From Pseudomonadales bacterium (GTDB taxonomy: Bacteria > Pseudomonadota > Gammaproteobacteria > Pseudomonadales > Pseudohongiellaceae): a stretch of 64,000 bases of DNA. The position numbers and the translations under genes were made by a program. Positions 30,604 to 40,503 of this stretch are shown here, piece by piece (position 1 is the first letter of the stretch; the number at the start of each line of letters is the position of its first letter). Location: NCBI GenBank assembly GCA_022763285.1, contig JALEHB010000252.1, positions 3,502-67,501 on the forward strand, read 5' to 3'. Under the pieces are notes generated by a model. That model saw only the letters and a program-made list of their open reading frames with translations. It had not been told where the DNA came from and did no database searches.

Positions 30604-31944
30604 ATGACTGAAAAAGCACTCTCTATCAGCAGACTTGCCACTTCCGCTGCGGATTTCGAATCCCGCCTGCAGACTCATCTGCAGCGGGAAATGCTGGTTG
30701 CCGAAGAGTTGAGTCAAACAGTTGCCGGTATCATCGCCGACGTTCGCCAGCGCGGCGATGCCGCCCTCATTGATTACAGCAATCGATTCGACGGCTTTGC
30801 TGCTTCCAGCATGGATGATCTGGTGATCAGCCAGGAACAATTGCAACTGGCGCTTGATTCCATTCCAGAATCCCAGCGACAGGCTCTCAGTCATGCCGCT
30901 GAGCGAATTCGCCGCTATCACGAAAAGCAGAAGCAATCTTCCTGGCACTATGAGGAAGCGGATGGCTCGGTTTACGGGCAGAAGGTGAGCCCCCTGGAGC
31001 GGGTGGGTGTCTATGCGCCCGGCGGCAAGGCCAATTACCCGTCGTCTGTGCTGATGCTGGCTATTCCGGCCCAGGTGGCGGGGGTGAAGGAAATTATCGC
31101 CACTGTGCCGACCAAATTTTCGGAAGAGGGCTATCTGGTGTTCGCAGCAGCGGCACTGGCCGGTGTGGACCGCGTCTACAGCCTCGGCGGTGCCCAGGCG
31201 ATTGCGGCCCTTGCCTATGGCACCGAGACTGTGCCGGCGGTGGACAAGATCACCGGTCCCGGCAATGCCTATGTCACCATGGCGAAAAAGCAGGTCTATG
31301 GCGATGTGGGTATCGATATGCTGGCAGGTCCGTCAGAGCTGACAGTGATCTGTGATGGTGAATCCGACCCGGACTGGATTGCCATGGATCTGTTCTCCCA
31401 GGCCGAACATGACGAGCAGGCCCAATCCATTCTTATTAGCACCAGCGAGTCCTTTCTGGATCAGGTAGAAGCAAGCATCAACCGCCTGCTGCCCGACATG
31501 GACAGGCGCGCCATTATCACCCAGTCACTTCAGTCCCGGGGAATCTTTATCCTGGCGGATGATATGGCAGCTGCTGCCAGGGCCAGCAATCTGATTGCGC
31601 CGGAGCATCTGGAGATTTCGGTGGCAGAGCCAGAAGCGGTGGTGGACCTGATTGATCATGCCGGCGCCATATTCATGGGGCGATACAGCGCCGAAGCACT
31701 GGGTGACTACTGCGCAGGGCCGAGTCACGTGCTGCCCACCTCCGGTTCCGCGCGCTTTTTCTCCGCACTTGGGGTCTACGATTTTCAGAAGCGTAGCTCA
31801 ATCATCAACTGCTCGGCATCGGGAGCCAACAAACTGGCCGCCACGGCCTCGGAGCTGGCGCGCAATGAGCACCTGCAGGCACACGCTTTGTCAGCAGAGT
31901 ATCGATTGAATCCGGATTTGGGGCCTGAATCGAAGGACAGTTGA
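30604..31944 (+). CDS. hisD: Histidinol dehydrogenase
   Basis: 446 aa. Conserved HisD stretches are present (GPGNAYV, QAEHDE, APEHLEI). Confidence 0.95.
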   Translation: MTEKALSISRLATSAADFESRLQTHLQREMLVAEELSQTVAGIIADVRQRGDAALIDYSNRFDGFAASSMDDLVISQEQLQLALDSIPESQRQALSHAAERIRRYHEKQKQSSWHYEEADGSVYGQKVSPLERVGVYAPGGKANYPSSVLMLAIPAQVAGVKEIIATVPTKFSEEGYLVFAAAALAGVDRVYSLGGAQAIAALAYGTETVPAVDKITGPGNAYVTMAKKQVYGDVGIDMLAGPSELTVICDGESDPDWIAMDLFSQAEHDEQAQSILISTSESFLDQVEASINRLLPDMDRRAIITQSLQSRGIFILADDMAAAARASNLIAPEHLEISVAEPEAVVDLIDHAGAIFMGRYSAEALGDYCAGPSHVLPTSGSARFFSALGVYDFQKRSSIINCSASGANKLAATASELARNEHLQAHALSAEYRLNPDLGPESKDS

Positions 31945-31971
31945 TTTCGGGGGCGATGTCAGGGTTTAAAG

Positions 31972-33099
31972 TCAGGGTTCAATAATAATCGCCTGACCGA
32001 ATCCCAGAGTGGTGGGCAGGGTAAAAGTCTGGCCATTGCGGTAGATCTGCACCTCGATGGTGTCGCCGGGTTTCTTGTTACGAATCTCCATCATGATGTT
32101 CTGGGCGTCAGTCACAGGCGTTTCACCCACACCGGTAATCACGTCACCGGGTTGAATGCCGGCGCGCTGGGCGGCGCCGCCCTCATCAACATTTTCTACC
32201 AGAATGCCGCGAATATGTTCGACTCCAAAAAACAGTTCGCTGGACTGTTCATTCAGGGCTTCTCCGGTAAGTACCCCCAGATAACCTGAATTGGCTTCAA
32301 TGGCCTGCACAATCATCTCTTCCATAGCGGGTACCGCGACACTGGCTGGTGTGGCAAAGCCTATGCCTTCGAAGGTGCCGGACTCGGAGACTATGGAGGA
32401 GTTTATGCCAATCAGCTCGCCTTCAGTATTAATCAGTGCGCCGCCGGAGTTGCCAGGATTGATGGCGGCGTCTGTCTGAATAATGGGCAGGGTGTTGCTG
32501 TCGTTGCCTGAGACAGCGCTGACAATTCCCTGGGATACTGCCTGGCCAATATTGCGTGGGTAGCCAATGGCAAATACGATATCACCCACATGCACAGAGT
32601 TGTCTTCGCTGATTTCAATAGGTGTCAGGTCATCCATATTGATATGCAAGACGGCCAGATCGTTAGTCTTGTCCCAGGCCACAACCGTGGCAGGGGTTCT
32701 ACGGCCATCATGGAGTGTTACCTGGGTGTCGAAAGCATCGAACAGGGTGTCGACCACATGCAGATTGGTCAGAATAAAACCTCTTTGGTCGATGATGACG
32801 CCTGAGCCCAGGCTGTTGGACTCCCCCAGATACAGGTTCAGGCGATCCTCGGCGGCGCGCTCCACAGACTCGACATTTACGCTGGTGGCAGTGATGCTCA
32901 CCACCGAGGGTGCGGCCCGGCGGATCGCTTCGGCGTAGGAGGTTACCGCCTGGGGGACTTGCTGGATGACAGGAGTCTGATTTGACCGCAGGCTGGCCAG
33001 CTCTTGCAGTTGCTGGTACTGCAGATACACCACCGCAACCAGCACGCCACAAACGACGGGCCAGCCGGCAAACTGGATGAATCGCAGTAATTGGCTCAA
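31972..33099 (-). CDS. DegS/AlgW-type periplasmic serine endoprotease (S1C) with one PDZ domain
   Basis: Has a TM anchor (FAGWPVVCGVLVAVVYL), the catalytic region GNSGGALIN, and a PDZ domain (GIQPGDVITGV). I place the start at TTG 33099, which is preceded by GAGGAG with a 7-nt spacer. The track ORF extends to 33204 and would overlap the divergent Nif3 gene. Confidence 0.82.
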   Translation of the reverse strand: MSQLLRFIQFAGWPVVCGVLVAVVYLQYQQLQELASLRSNQTPVIQQVPQAVTSYAEAIRRAAPSVVSITATSVNVESVERAAEDRLNLYLGESNSLGSGVIIDQRGFILTNLHVVDTLFDAFDTQVTLHDGRRTPATVVAWDKTNDLAVLHINMDDLTPIEISEDNSVHVGDIVFAIGYPRNIGQAVSQGIVSAVSGNDSNTLPIIQTDAAINPGNSGGALINTEGELIGINSSIVSESGTFEGIGFATPASVAVPAMEEMIVQAIEANSGYLGVLTGEALNEQSSELFFGVEHIRGILVENVDEGGAAQRAGIQPGDVITGVGETPVTDAQNIMMEIRNKKPGDTIEVQIYRNGQTFTLPTTLGFGQAIIIEP

Positions 33100-33181
33100 G
33101 CGGGTGCTCCTCGGGCTGCCCGGGGTCTCTGTGTTATTATCGCAGCCGCTATCAATATACAGCCTCGGAGTAGCCATTCCA

Positions 33182-33943
33182 ATGCCAACAGACCGCAATC
33201 GCATCCAGTGTGAACTGGATAATCTGCTGGAGCCACAACGCTTTCGTGATTACTGCCCCAATGGTTTGCAGGTAGAAGGCAAGGGCCAGATCAGCAAGAT
33301 TGTCTCCGGTGTAACAGCCAGTCAGGATCTGATCGAAGCGGCCATTGCTGCCGGTGCAGATATGCTGTTGGTGCATCATGGCTATTTCTGGAAGGGTGAA
33401 GATGCTGCAATCTGCGGCATTAAAAAGCGCCGCATTGCGCGCCTGCTGGAAGCCGATCTGAATCTGTTTGCCTACCATCTGCCTCTGGATGCTCATCCGG
33501 AGCTCGGCAATAATGCCCAGCTTGCGTCCATACTGGGTTTTTCCGTGGAGCAGCGCCTGGCCAATCCGGGTGAGTCACCGCTGTTGTTCTGTGGCAAGCC
33601 GGAGTCAGTGCTGGATCATGCGTCCATGCTGGCGCATCTGCAATCACGTCTGGGCCGAACGGCAATGGGTATCCAGGGCAGCGACAAGGCCATTGAGAAA
33701 GTTGCCTGGTGCACCGGTGCAGCACAGGGATATATTGATCTGGCCGTTGCCGCCGGGGCAGATGCCTTTATTAGCGGTGAAGTCTCGGAACAGACCTACC
33801 ACAGCGCCCGGGAATCAGGTATTCACTATTTTGCCGCCGGACATCATGCCACAGAGCGTTATGGGGTACAGGCAACAGGAAATTACCTGGCCGAAAAATT
33901 CGGACTGGAACACCAGTTCATCGATATTCACAATCCTGTGTAG
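33182..33943 (+). CDS. Nif3-like dinuclear metal centre protein (YbgI family)
   Basis: Family hallmarks include DYCPNGLQVEG, LLVHHGYFW and the C-terminal ISGEVSE...AAGHHATER. Start placed at ATG 33182 (MPTDRN...). Confidence 0.85.
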   Translation: MPTDRNRIQCELDNLLEPQRFRDYCPNGLQVEGKGQISKIVSGVTASQDLIEAAIAAGADMLLVHHGYFWKGEDAAICGIKKRRIARLLEADLNLFAYHLPLDAHPELGNNAQLASILGFSVEQRLANPGESPLLFCGKPESVLDHASMLAHLQSRLGRTAMGIQGSDKAIEKVAWCTGAAQGYIDLAVAAGADAFISGEVSEQTYHSARESGIHYFAAGHHATERYGVQATGNYLAEKFGLEHQFIDIHNPV

Positions 33944-34007
33944 CAAGTCCTGGGCAGCAATGGCTGGCCGGCCCTTGTGAAAATGGCCCGGCCACCCTGG
34001 CAGTTTG

Positions 34008-35909
34008 CTAGATAATCTCTTCGCCCCGCAGCAGCGTGATCACCTGATCCACACATTCCTCGATGCTCAGGCTGGAGGTATCCAGCTCCAGATGTGCTTC
34101 CTCCGGTGGCTGATAGGGGAAGGAGATGCCGGGAATATCACCCGAGTCCCTGGCTTCACTGGAGGCATATAGACCGCTGGGATCGCGTTGCACACAGACG
34201 TCCATGGGCGGATTGAGATAGATAATGTAGCAATTGTCTTTGCCTATCACGCTGATGGCATGCTCCCGGGAGTCAGCGCTGTGAGCCACAAAGGATGCAC
34301 AGCAGATGAGACCCGAGTCATTGGCAAAGCGAGCGATATGGGCGCTGCGTCTGAGGTTTTCGGCTCTTCCTTCAGCGTCATGGGGAAGGTCCTTGCTGAT
34401 TCCAAGGCGCATGGTTTTTCCATCCAGCACTGTGCTGACACGGCCGAGATCAAACAGTCTTCGCTCCAGACCATGGGCAAGCGTTGATTTGCCGGAGCCG
34501 GAGACCCCAATAAACATGATGGTGGCCGGTTTCTGGCCAAAACGGGCGGCCCGTTCTTCCTTGCTGACATGCTGGTTGTGTCGTTCGCGGCGTGGCTGCT
34601 GCAGCTGTGCCTGGTCGGCGATCATGCCGGCGCCGACAGTGACATTGCTCAAGCGGTCGATGACAATAAAATTACCTGTAGCACGGTTCTTCCGGTAGCC
34701 GTCAAAGCAGACTTTCTGGTCGACACTGATTTCAAGCAGGCCAATCTCATTCAGTTCCAGTGACGGTGAAGGTCGGGTTTCCAGCGTGTTGACATCTATC
34801 TGGTGTCGAATGCTTTTTACTTGGCCGGTGACGGTGCGGGTACCCAGTTTGAAGTCGTAGTCCTTGCCTGGCAGCAGTGCCTGTTCGGTCATCCACACCA
34901 CGGTGGCTTCAAAACTGTCGGCAGCCGCGGGCAGGTTGTCGCTGTGGGCAATCATGTCGCCACGGCTGATATCGATCTCGTCTTCCAGAGTCAGGGTAAT
35001 GGCCATGTCGGCATGGGCCAGCTCCAACTCCTCGTCATAGGTGACGATGGATTTGACGTGGCTGGTCTTGCCGGATGGCAGTACCGTGATTTCATCACCC
35101 TTGCGCACCACGCCGGAGGCAACGGTTCCACAGAAGCCGCGGAAGTTGAGATTGGGCCGGTTCACATATTGCACCGGCAGGCGGAAATCATCGAAGTTGC
35201 GATCGCCGGCGATTTCAACCTTTTCCAGCAGGCTCATCAGGGTCTCTTCTTCGTACCAGGGCATGTTGTCACTGTGATTAACAACATTGTCACCGTTGAG
35301 CGCCGAAAGCGGGATAAAATAAAAATCAGCTTTTTCCAGCTTTTCAGAAAATTTCAGATAGTCTTCCCGGATCGAGTCAAAGACTTCCTGGCTGTAGTCC
35401 ACCAGATCCATTTTGTTAATGGCGACAATGATATGGCGAATGCCCAGTAGTGAGGCGATGAAGCTGTGGCGTCGGGTCTGGGTCTGCACGCCGTGACGGG
35501 CATCGATCAGGATGACGGCCAGATCACAGGTCGAAGCGCCGGTGGCCATGTTGCGGGTGTACTGCTCATGACCGGGCGTATCGGCGATGATGAATTTACG
35601 CCTGGCAGTGGAGAAGTAGCGGTAGGCGACATCGATGGTAATGCCCTGTTCACGCTCGGCCTGCAAGCCGTCAACCAGTAAGGCCAGATCGAGTTTGCCA
35701 CCGGTGGTGCCGGACTTGACGCTGTCAGCCTCGATAGCAGCCAGCTGATCCTCGTAGATCATTTTTGAATCGTGCAGCAATCGTCCGATCAAGGTGCTCT
35801 TGCCATCATCAACGCTGCCGCAGGTCAACAGGCGCAGCAGTTCCTTGCGCTCGTGCTGGGCCAGGTAGGCGTGAATGTCAGTGCTGATAAGTTCCGATTG
35901 ATGGGACAT
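34008..35909 (-). CDS. cysNC: Bifunctional sulfate adenylyltransferase subunit 1 / adenylylsulfate kinase
   Basis: 633 aa. N-terminal GTPase domain ([27 protein letters not shown]) and C-terminal APS-kinase P-loop (GVSGSGKST). Confidence 0.93.
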   Translation of the reverse strand: MSHQSELISTDIHAYLAQHERKELLRLLTCGSVDDGKSTLIGRLLHDSKMIYEDQLAAIEADSVKSGTTGGKLDLALLVDGLQAEREQGITIDVAYRYFSTARRKFIIADTPGHEQYTRNMATGASTCDLAVILIDARHGVQTQTRRHSFIASLLGIRHIIVAINKMDLVDYSQEVFDSIREDYLKFSEKLEKADFYFIPLSALNGDNVVNHSDNMPWYEEETLMSLLEKVEIAGDRNFDDFRLPVQYVNRPNLNFRGFCGTVASGVVRKGDEITVLPSGKTSHVKSIVTYDEELELAHADMAITLTLEDEIDISRGDMIAHSDNLPAAADSFEATVVWMTEQALLPGKDYDFKLGTRTVTGQVKSIRHQIDVNTLETRPSPSLELNEIGLLEISVDQKVCFDGYRKNRATGNFIVIDRLSNVTVGAGMIADQAQLQQPRRERHNQHVSKEERAARFGQKPATIMFIGVSGSGKSTLAHGLERRLFDLGRVSTVLDGKTMRLGISKDLPHDAEGRAENLRRSAHIARFANDSGLICCASFVAHSADSREHAISVIGKDNCYIIYLNPPMDVCVQRDPSGLYASSEARDSGDIPGISFPYQPPEEAHLELDTSSLSIEECVDQVITLLRGEEII

Positions 35910-35922
35910 TGAAGTCCGCTCC

Positions 35923-36831
35923 CTAAAAATAGCCTTTGCGTTTCTTGTCTTCCATGGATCCGGCTTTATCAGTATCGATCAGTCGACCCTGACGTTCCGA
36001 GCTGGTGGTTAACAACATTTCCTGAATGATTTCCGGCAGTGTGGTGGCGGTGGACTCCACGGCGCCGGTGAGTGGGTAGCAACCCAGGGTGCGAAAACGC
36101 ACGGTTTTGGTTTCGATTTTCTGATCATCGCCGATGGGCATGCGCTCATCGTCGACCATGATGTCGACACCATCGATATTCACCACCGGACGCGGTTTGG
36201 CGAAATACAGGGGAACAATATCGATCTTGTTGAGGTAGATGTACTGCCAGATATCCAGCTCGGTCCAGTTTGATAGCGGGAATACCCGAATGCTCTCACC
36301 CTTGTTGACCTTGCCATTGTAGATATTCCACAACTCAGGGCGCTGGTTCTTGGGATCCCAGACATGATTCTTGTCGCGGAAGGAAAACACCCGTTCCTTG
36401 GCGCGGGACTTTTCCTCGTCACGGCGGGCGCCACCGAAAGCGGCATCGAATTTATGTTTGTTCAGGGCCTGTTTCAGGGCCTGGGTCTTCATGATGTCGG
36501 TGTGCTTCTCGCTGCCGTGGGTGAAGGGGCCTACGCCGGCCTCCACACCTTCCTGGTTGGTATGGACAATCATGTCCAGCCCCAGTTCTTCCCGCTGGCG
36601 ATCACGGAATTCGATCATCTCGCGGAATTTCCAGGTGGTGTCTACATGCATGAGGGGGAAGGGCAGCTTGCCCGGATAAAAGGCCTTCAGGGCCAGGTGC
36701 AGCATCACCGCGGAATCCTTGCCGATGGAGTACAGCATTACCGGGTTGTCGAATTCGGCGGCGACTTCACGAATGATATGGATACTCTCAGCTTCCAACT
36801 GCTTGAGATGCGTCAGACTGTATTCTGCCAT
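35923..36831 (-). CDS. cysD: Sulfate adenylyltransferase subunit 2
   Basis: 302 aa with a PAPS-reductase-like fold. N-terminus [16 protein letters not shown] and SIGKDS are typical of CysD. Confidence 0.95.
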   Translation of the reverse strand: MAEYSLTHLKQLEAESIHIIREVAAEFDNPVMLYSIGKDSAVMLHLALKAFYPGKLPFPLMHVDTTWKFREMIEFRDRQREELGLDMIVHTNQEGVEAGVGPFTHGSEKHTDIMKTQALKQALNKHKFDAAFGGARRDEEKSRAKERVFSFRDKNHVWDPKNQRPELWNIYNGKVNKGESIRVFPLSNWTELDIWQYIYLNKIDIVPLYFAKPRPVVNIDGVDIMVDDERMPIGDDQKIETKTVRFRTLGCYPLTGAVESTATTLPEIIQEMLLTTSSERQGRLIDTDKAGSMEDKKRKGYF

Positions 36832-36896
36832 GTTCTGGAGGGGCTCTGTTGCGATAGTGATAGATCGGAGTGGCGAACTAGCGCAGGGCTTGTTCG

Positions 36897-37373
36897 CTAG
36901 CTTGCAGTGTTTTCCGGTTCAGACTCTTCCCCCGGTTCCTTTGCGACCCGGGTTTTATCTATGCCGAAATCTTCGGCCAGTGCGCCTTTCTGGTCAGGAC
37001 TCTGCTTGGCGGCATAATCCCGCGGTGGAATCAGTTCCTTTTCCTCTTCGCTGGCCGGGTTATTGTCGAACACGGCGTCGGAATCTGTCGGCAACAGTTT
37101 GTTGGCAACTTCACTGGAACATAAATCCTGGGCACCGGAAGCCAGATGCTGATACATCTCGCGATAGCTCTCGGTCATATGCTGAACCAGTTCGGCAGTC
37201 ATGCTGAAATGGTCGCTGACACTGTCTTTATATTCGCGGTGATTCTCCTTGAGGCCGCGAATCTGGTTCTCGAGTTCACGCACCCGCGAAGGAGAGTTGT
37301 TCAGACGGCTGGCCCCCACGACCCCAACAACGACACCAATGGCTAAACAACCTATTGCCACTAACCAGATCAT
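36897..37373 (-). CDS. zapG: Z-ring-associated inner-membrane protein ZapG (YhcB, DUF1043)
   Basis: N-terminal TM ([19 protein letters not shown]) followed by a coiled coil ([24 protein letters not shown]). Start at the internal ATG 37373. It is divergent from zapE, as in E. coli. Confidence 0.75.
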   Translation of the reverse strand: MIWLVAIGCLAIGVVVGVVGASRLNNSPSRVRELENQIRGLKENHREYKDSVSDHFSMTAELVQHMTESYREMYQHLASGAQDLCSSEVANKLLPTDSDAVFDNNPASEEEKELIPPRDYAAKQSPDQKGALAEDFGIDKTRVAKEPGEESEPENTAS

Positions 37374-37565
37374 GTACCAGTCTGCTCCTTGCTTGATTTT
37401 GAGATTTGCCTGTTGCGCGCAAGTATACCTTAAAAGCGCCTCAACACTGTACTGCCGTGACAAGCACTGGAAATTTCCGGACCGGGGCGCCCGCTTCTGG
37501 CATGGAAGACCAATAGTGCCTAGAATGCCGCCAGTTTTCCTGCTTGTGAGTCACTATCAGTCACC

Positions 37566-38660
37566 ATGACGCCCACTGAGAAATATCTTGCCGACCTGCA
37601 ATTGTCTGACATCAGCGATGATCCGGAACAGCGGCGCATCCTGGCACTGCTGGATGAACTGCAGCAGGACATCGAGCGCAGCGGAGCAGTCAGTGGCGGG
37701 CTGCTGAATCGCTGGCTTGGCAGGAGAGGCACTGAAAAAGTGCAGGGCCTGTATCTCTGGGGTGGCGTGGGCCGTGGCAAGACCTACCTGATGGACCTGT
37801 TTTACGAGACTCTGGACGAGAAGCGCAAGCTCCGTACCCACTTCCATCGCTTCATGCACCGGGTGCATCAGGACCTGGCTCGGCACCAGGGCAGCAAGGA
37901 TCCGCTGCAGCTGATTGCTGATGAAATCGCTGACCAGGCCAGGGTGCTGTGCTTCGATGAGTTTTTTGTGCTGGATATCGGCGATGCCATGATCCTGGCC
38001 GGCTTGCTGGAGGCCCTGTTTTCCCGGGGACTGGTGCTGGTGACCACCTCCAATATTCATCCCGATGGTCTGTATCGGGACGGCCTGCAGCGGCAACGAT
38101 TTCTGCCCGCCATTGAGCTGATCAAGGCCAATACCCGGGTGGCGGCCATGGCTGACGGCACCGACTATCGCCTGCGTGTTCTCAGTCAGGCCAGTTTGTA
38201 CCACAGTCCTCTCACGGAGCAGACTGATGCCTTGCTTGAACAGTGTTTTGCCGGCATCGCCACGGACAAGCTGGACTGGCGCAGCAACTGCAGCATTGAA
38301 ATCCTGGGGCGCCAGATTCCGGCCCGCCTCTGTGCCGGCGATGCGATCTGGTTTGAATTCCGGGCCATCTGTGACAGCCCCCGCAGTGCCTTTGATTATG
38401 TAGAGATTGCGCGCCTGTTCCACAGTGTCATTGTCAGCAATGTGCCGGCCATGGCCGATCAGCAGAACGATCAGGTGCGACGCTTTATCAATCTGGTGGA
38501 CGCGCTCTATGACCGGCAGGTAAAGCTGATATTGTCGGCAGAGGTGGAGATAGACCGGCTCTACAGCGGCGAAACCCTGGCATTTGAATTCGAAAGAACC
38601 CGCTCCCGGCTGGTGGAAATGCAGTCCCGCGACTACCTGGGCGCCACTCATGGCGGGTGA
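37566..38660 (+). CDS. zapE: Cell-division ATPase ZapE (AFG1-like)
   Basis: 364 aa with the Walker A motif GGVGRGKTYLMD. Conserved position before rplM. Confidence 0.88.
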   Translation: MTPTEKYLADLQLSDISDDPEQRRILALLDELQQDIERSGAVSGGLLNRWLGRRGTEKVQGLYLWGGVGRGKTYLMDLFYETLDEKRKLRTHFHRFMHRVHQDLARHQGSKDPLQLIADEIADQARVLCFDEFFVLDIGDAMILAGLLEALFSRGLVLVTTSNIHPDGLYRDGLQRQRFLPAIELIKANTRVAAMADGTDYRLRVLSQASLYHSPLTEQTDALLEQCFAGIATDKLDWRSNCSIEILGRQIPARLCAGDAIWFEFRAICDSPRSAFDYVEIARLFHSVIVSNVPAMADQQNDQVRRFINLVDALYDRQVKLILSAEVEIDRLYSGETLAFEFERTRSRLVEMQSRDYLGATHGG

Positions 38661-38728
38661 TACCGGGTGCCACAAAAAGCGTGGGGTTCTGTGCTGCCTG
38701 AAATCTGTGTCTGAAGGCGCGAATTTCC

Positions 38729-38757
38729 TTGAATCTTGGCTATTGCTCCGGTAGTAT
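38729..38757 (+). promoter_or_regulatory. Putative sigma-70 promoter of rplM-rpsI
   Basis: TTGAAT (38729-38734), 17-bp spacer, TAGTAT (38752-38757), located 35 nt upstream of the rplM ATG. Motif match only. Confidence 0.4.
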
Positions 38758-38791
38758 TCGCGCTCCCTGAACTTAAGCCCGAATACGAGTA

Positions 38792-39220
38792 ATGAAAACA
38801 TACAGCGCCAAACCTCACGAAGTCGACCAGAACTGGTTGCTGGTGGATGCTGAAGGCCAAACTTTGGGTCGCATGGCTACCGAGATAGCGACGCGCCTGC
38901 GTGGCAAGCATAAGCCCGAGTACACCCCTCACGTCGATACTGGTGACTTTGTAGTGGTCATCAATGCCGAAAAAGTCCAAGTGACCGGCAAAAAAGCCAC
39001 GGACAAGATGTACCATGCCCACTCCGGTTTCCCCGGCGGCCTGAAGAGTATGTCTTTTAACAAATTGCAGGAACATTCGCCGGAGAAGATCATCAAGCTG
39101 GCGGTTAAAGGCATGCTGCCGCGCACTCCGCTGGGCAGGGCAATGTTCAAGAAACTCAAGGTGTATGCCGGCTCCGAGCACCCCCATGGTGCGCAGCAGC
39201 CGCAGGCACTGCAACTATAA
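38792..39220 (+). CDS. rplM: 50S ribosomal protein L13
   Basis: 142 aa. [11 protein letters not shown]...[15 protein letters not shown] is canonical L13. Confidence 0.97.
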   Translation: MKTYSAKPHEVDQNWLLVDAEGQTLGRMATEIATRLRGKHKPEYTPHVDTGDFVVVINAEKVQVTGKKATDKMYHAHSGFPGGLKSMSFNKLQEHSPEKIIKLAVKGMLPRTPLGRAMFKKLKVYAGSEHPHGAQQPQALQL

Positions 39221-39238
39221 AGCAGAGCACGGATTCCC

Positions 39239-39631
39239 ATGGCAACTGAACAATATTACGGTACCGGACGTCGCAAAACTTCCACGGCTCGTGTTTATCT
39301 GAGCAGCGGCAGCGGTGAAATCATCGTCAACAAGCGCCCGCTGGACAGCTATTTCGGTCGCGAAGTGGCCCGCATGATTGTGCGTCAACCACTCGAACTT
39401 GTTGAAATGAATGAAAAATTTGATATCAAGGTGACTGTGCGTGGCGGCGGTAGCTTCGGCCAGGCCGGTGCCATTCGTCACGGTATCACTCGCGCCCTGA
39501 TGGAGTACGACGAGGAATTGCGTCCGACTCTGCGCAAAGCCGGTTTTGTTACCCGTGATGCCCGTGCGGTAGAGCGTAAGAAGGTTGGTCTGCGTAAAGC
39601 ACGCAAGCGACCTCAGTTCTCCAAGCGCTAA
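39239..39631 (+). CDS. rpsI: 30S ribosomal protein S9
   Basis: 130 aa. [14 protein letters not shown]... with the C-terminal [12 protein letters not shown] is canonical S9. Confidence 0.97.
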   Translation: MATEQYYGTGRRKTSTARVYLSSGSGEIIVNKRPLDSYFGREVARMIVRQPLELVEMNEKFDIKVTVRGGGSFGQAGAIRHGITRALMEYDEELRPTLRKAGFVTRDARAVERKKVGLRKARKRPQFSKR

Positions 39632-39650
39632 GTCGGGATCGATCAGTAAA

Positions 39651-39686
39651 GCGCCAATCTTCGACAGGAGGTTGGCGTTTTTTTTT
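39651..39686 (+). terminator. Rho-independent terminator of rplM-rpsI
   Basis: CGCCAATCTTC-GACA-GGAGGTTGGCG forms a stem of about 11 bp including G:U pairs. It is followed by nine T residues. Confidence 0.85.
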
Positions 39687-39752
39687 AACAAGAAAAATCA
39701 TTATTTTCTTTAATAATCAGCAAGATAAGCTGGATTGGCCGGGGCTGGCGGC

Positions 39753-39781
39753 TTGCCAAAATTGGCAAAATTGACTAGTAT
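39753..39781 (+). promoter_or_regulatory. Putative sigma-70 promoter of the pet operon, with an overlapping palindrome
   Basis: TTGCCA (39753-39758), 17-bp spacer, TAGTAT (39776-39781). The -35 lies inside the inverted repeat TTGCCAA-AA-TTGGCAA (39753-39768). Confidence 0.35.
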
Positions 39782-39900
39782 TGCCGCGGTTTGCCGACCT
39801 CAAAAGGATGCTTCGCTCAAATCCCGCTGTGTGGTTGCTGACTTCCGCCTGTTGGCGGACTTTCAATTGAATTTTGCATGTCCTCAAGGAGAAATGAACG

Positions 39901-40503
39901 GTGACTGACGACAGTACTAATACTGGCCGCAGGCGTTTTCTGGTGGGTTCTACCTCTGTTATGGGTGCTGCGGGTGTTGTAGCCGCTGCAGTTCCCTTCG
40001 TTGGATCCTGGAATCCCAGTGCCAAGGCACGTGCGGCGGGTGCGCCGGTGCGTGTGGATGTAAGCCGACTGCAACCGGGTGAAATGCTTGGCCCCATTCC
40101 TGCGTGGCGTGGCCGACCGATCTTCGTGATTCGCAGAACCGAAGAGGCTCTGAACGTCCTCAATGAAGATCCGGGCCGTCTGGCTGATCCCAATTCGGAA
40201 GATCCGGAGCAGCCTCAGTATGCAGCCAACGAGACCCGTTCCCGTGAGCCGGAGATTCTGGTCCTGGTTGGTCTTTGCCCGCATCTGTTCTGTTCTCCCA
40301 CACCTCATATCGAAGTGCGTCCGCAGCCTTTCGACTCCGAATGGCGTGGTGGTTTTTTCTGCCCCTGTCACGGTTCCCGCTTTGACCTTGCCGGTCGTGT
40401 GTATGCGGGATCACCGGCATCTCGCAATATGCAGGTACCCCCTTACTCCTATGAGAGTGAGACCGTACTTGTCATTGGTGTAGACGAGGAGAATGCGGCA
40501 TGA
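39901..40503 (+). CDS. petA: Ubiquinol-cytochrome c reductase iron-sulfur (Rieske) subunit
   Basis: 200 aa with a GTG start. Has a Tat-type signal (GRRRFLVGS) and the Rieske motifs CPHLFC...CPCHGSRF. Confidence 0.93.
   Translation: MTDDSTNTGRRRFLVGSTSVMGAAGVVAAAVPFVGSWNPSAKARAAGAPVRVDVSRLQPGEMLGPIPAWRGRPIFVIRRTEEALNVLNEDPGRLADPNSEDPEQPQYAANETRSREPEILVLVGLCPHLFCSPTPHIEVRPQPFDSEWRGGFFCPCHGSRFDLAGRVYAGSPASRNMQVPPYSYESETVLVIGVDEENAA

Noticed and set aside
30650-30668. GATTTCGAATCCCGC, resembling a tRNA T-arm
   Set aside because: It lies inside the hisD coding frame (AADFESRL), with no acceptor or anticodon arm context. It is not a tRNA.
37557-38801. 414-aa minus-strand ORF
   Set aside because: It is exactly antisense to zapE, which has a Walker A motif and conserved synteny. 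It has an Arg/Gly/Gln-rich, non-protein-like composition, so I treat it as a shadow ORF.
39688-39706. Fur-box-like AT-rich sequence (…GAAAAATCATTATT…) after the rpsI terminator
   Set aside because: Only the right half (AATCATTAT) matches the 19-bp Fur consensus, about 13/19 overall. It sits about 50 bp upstream of the putative pet -35, so it is likely just AT-rich spacer.
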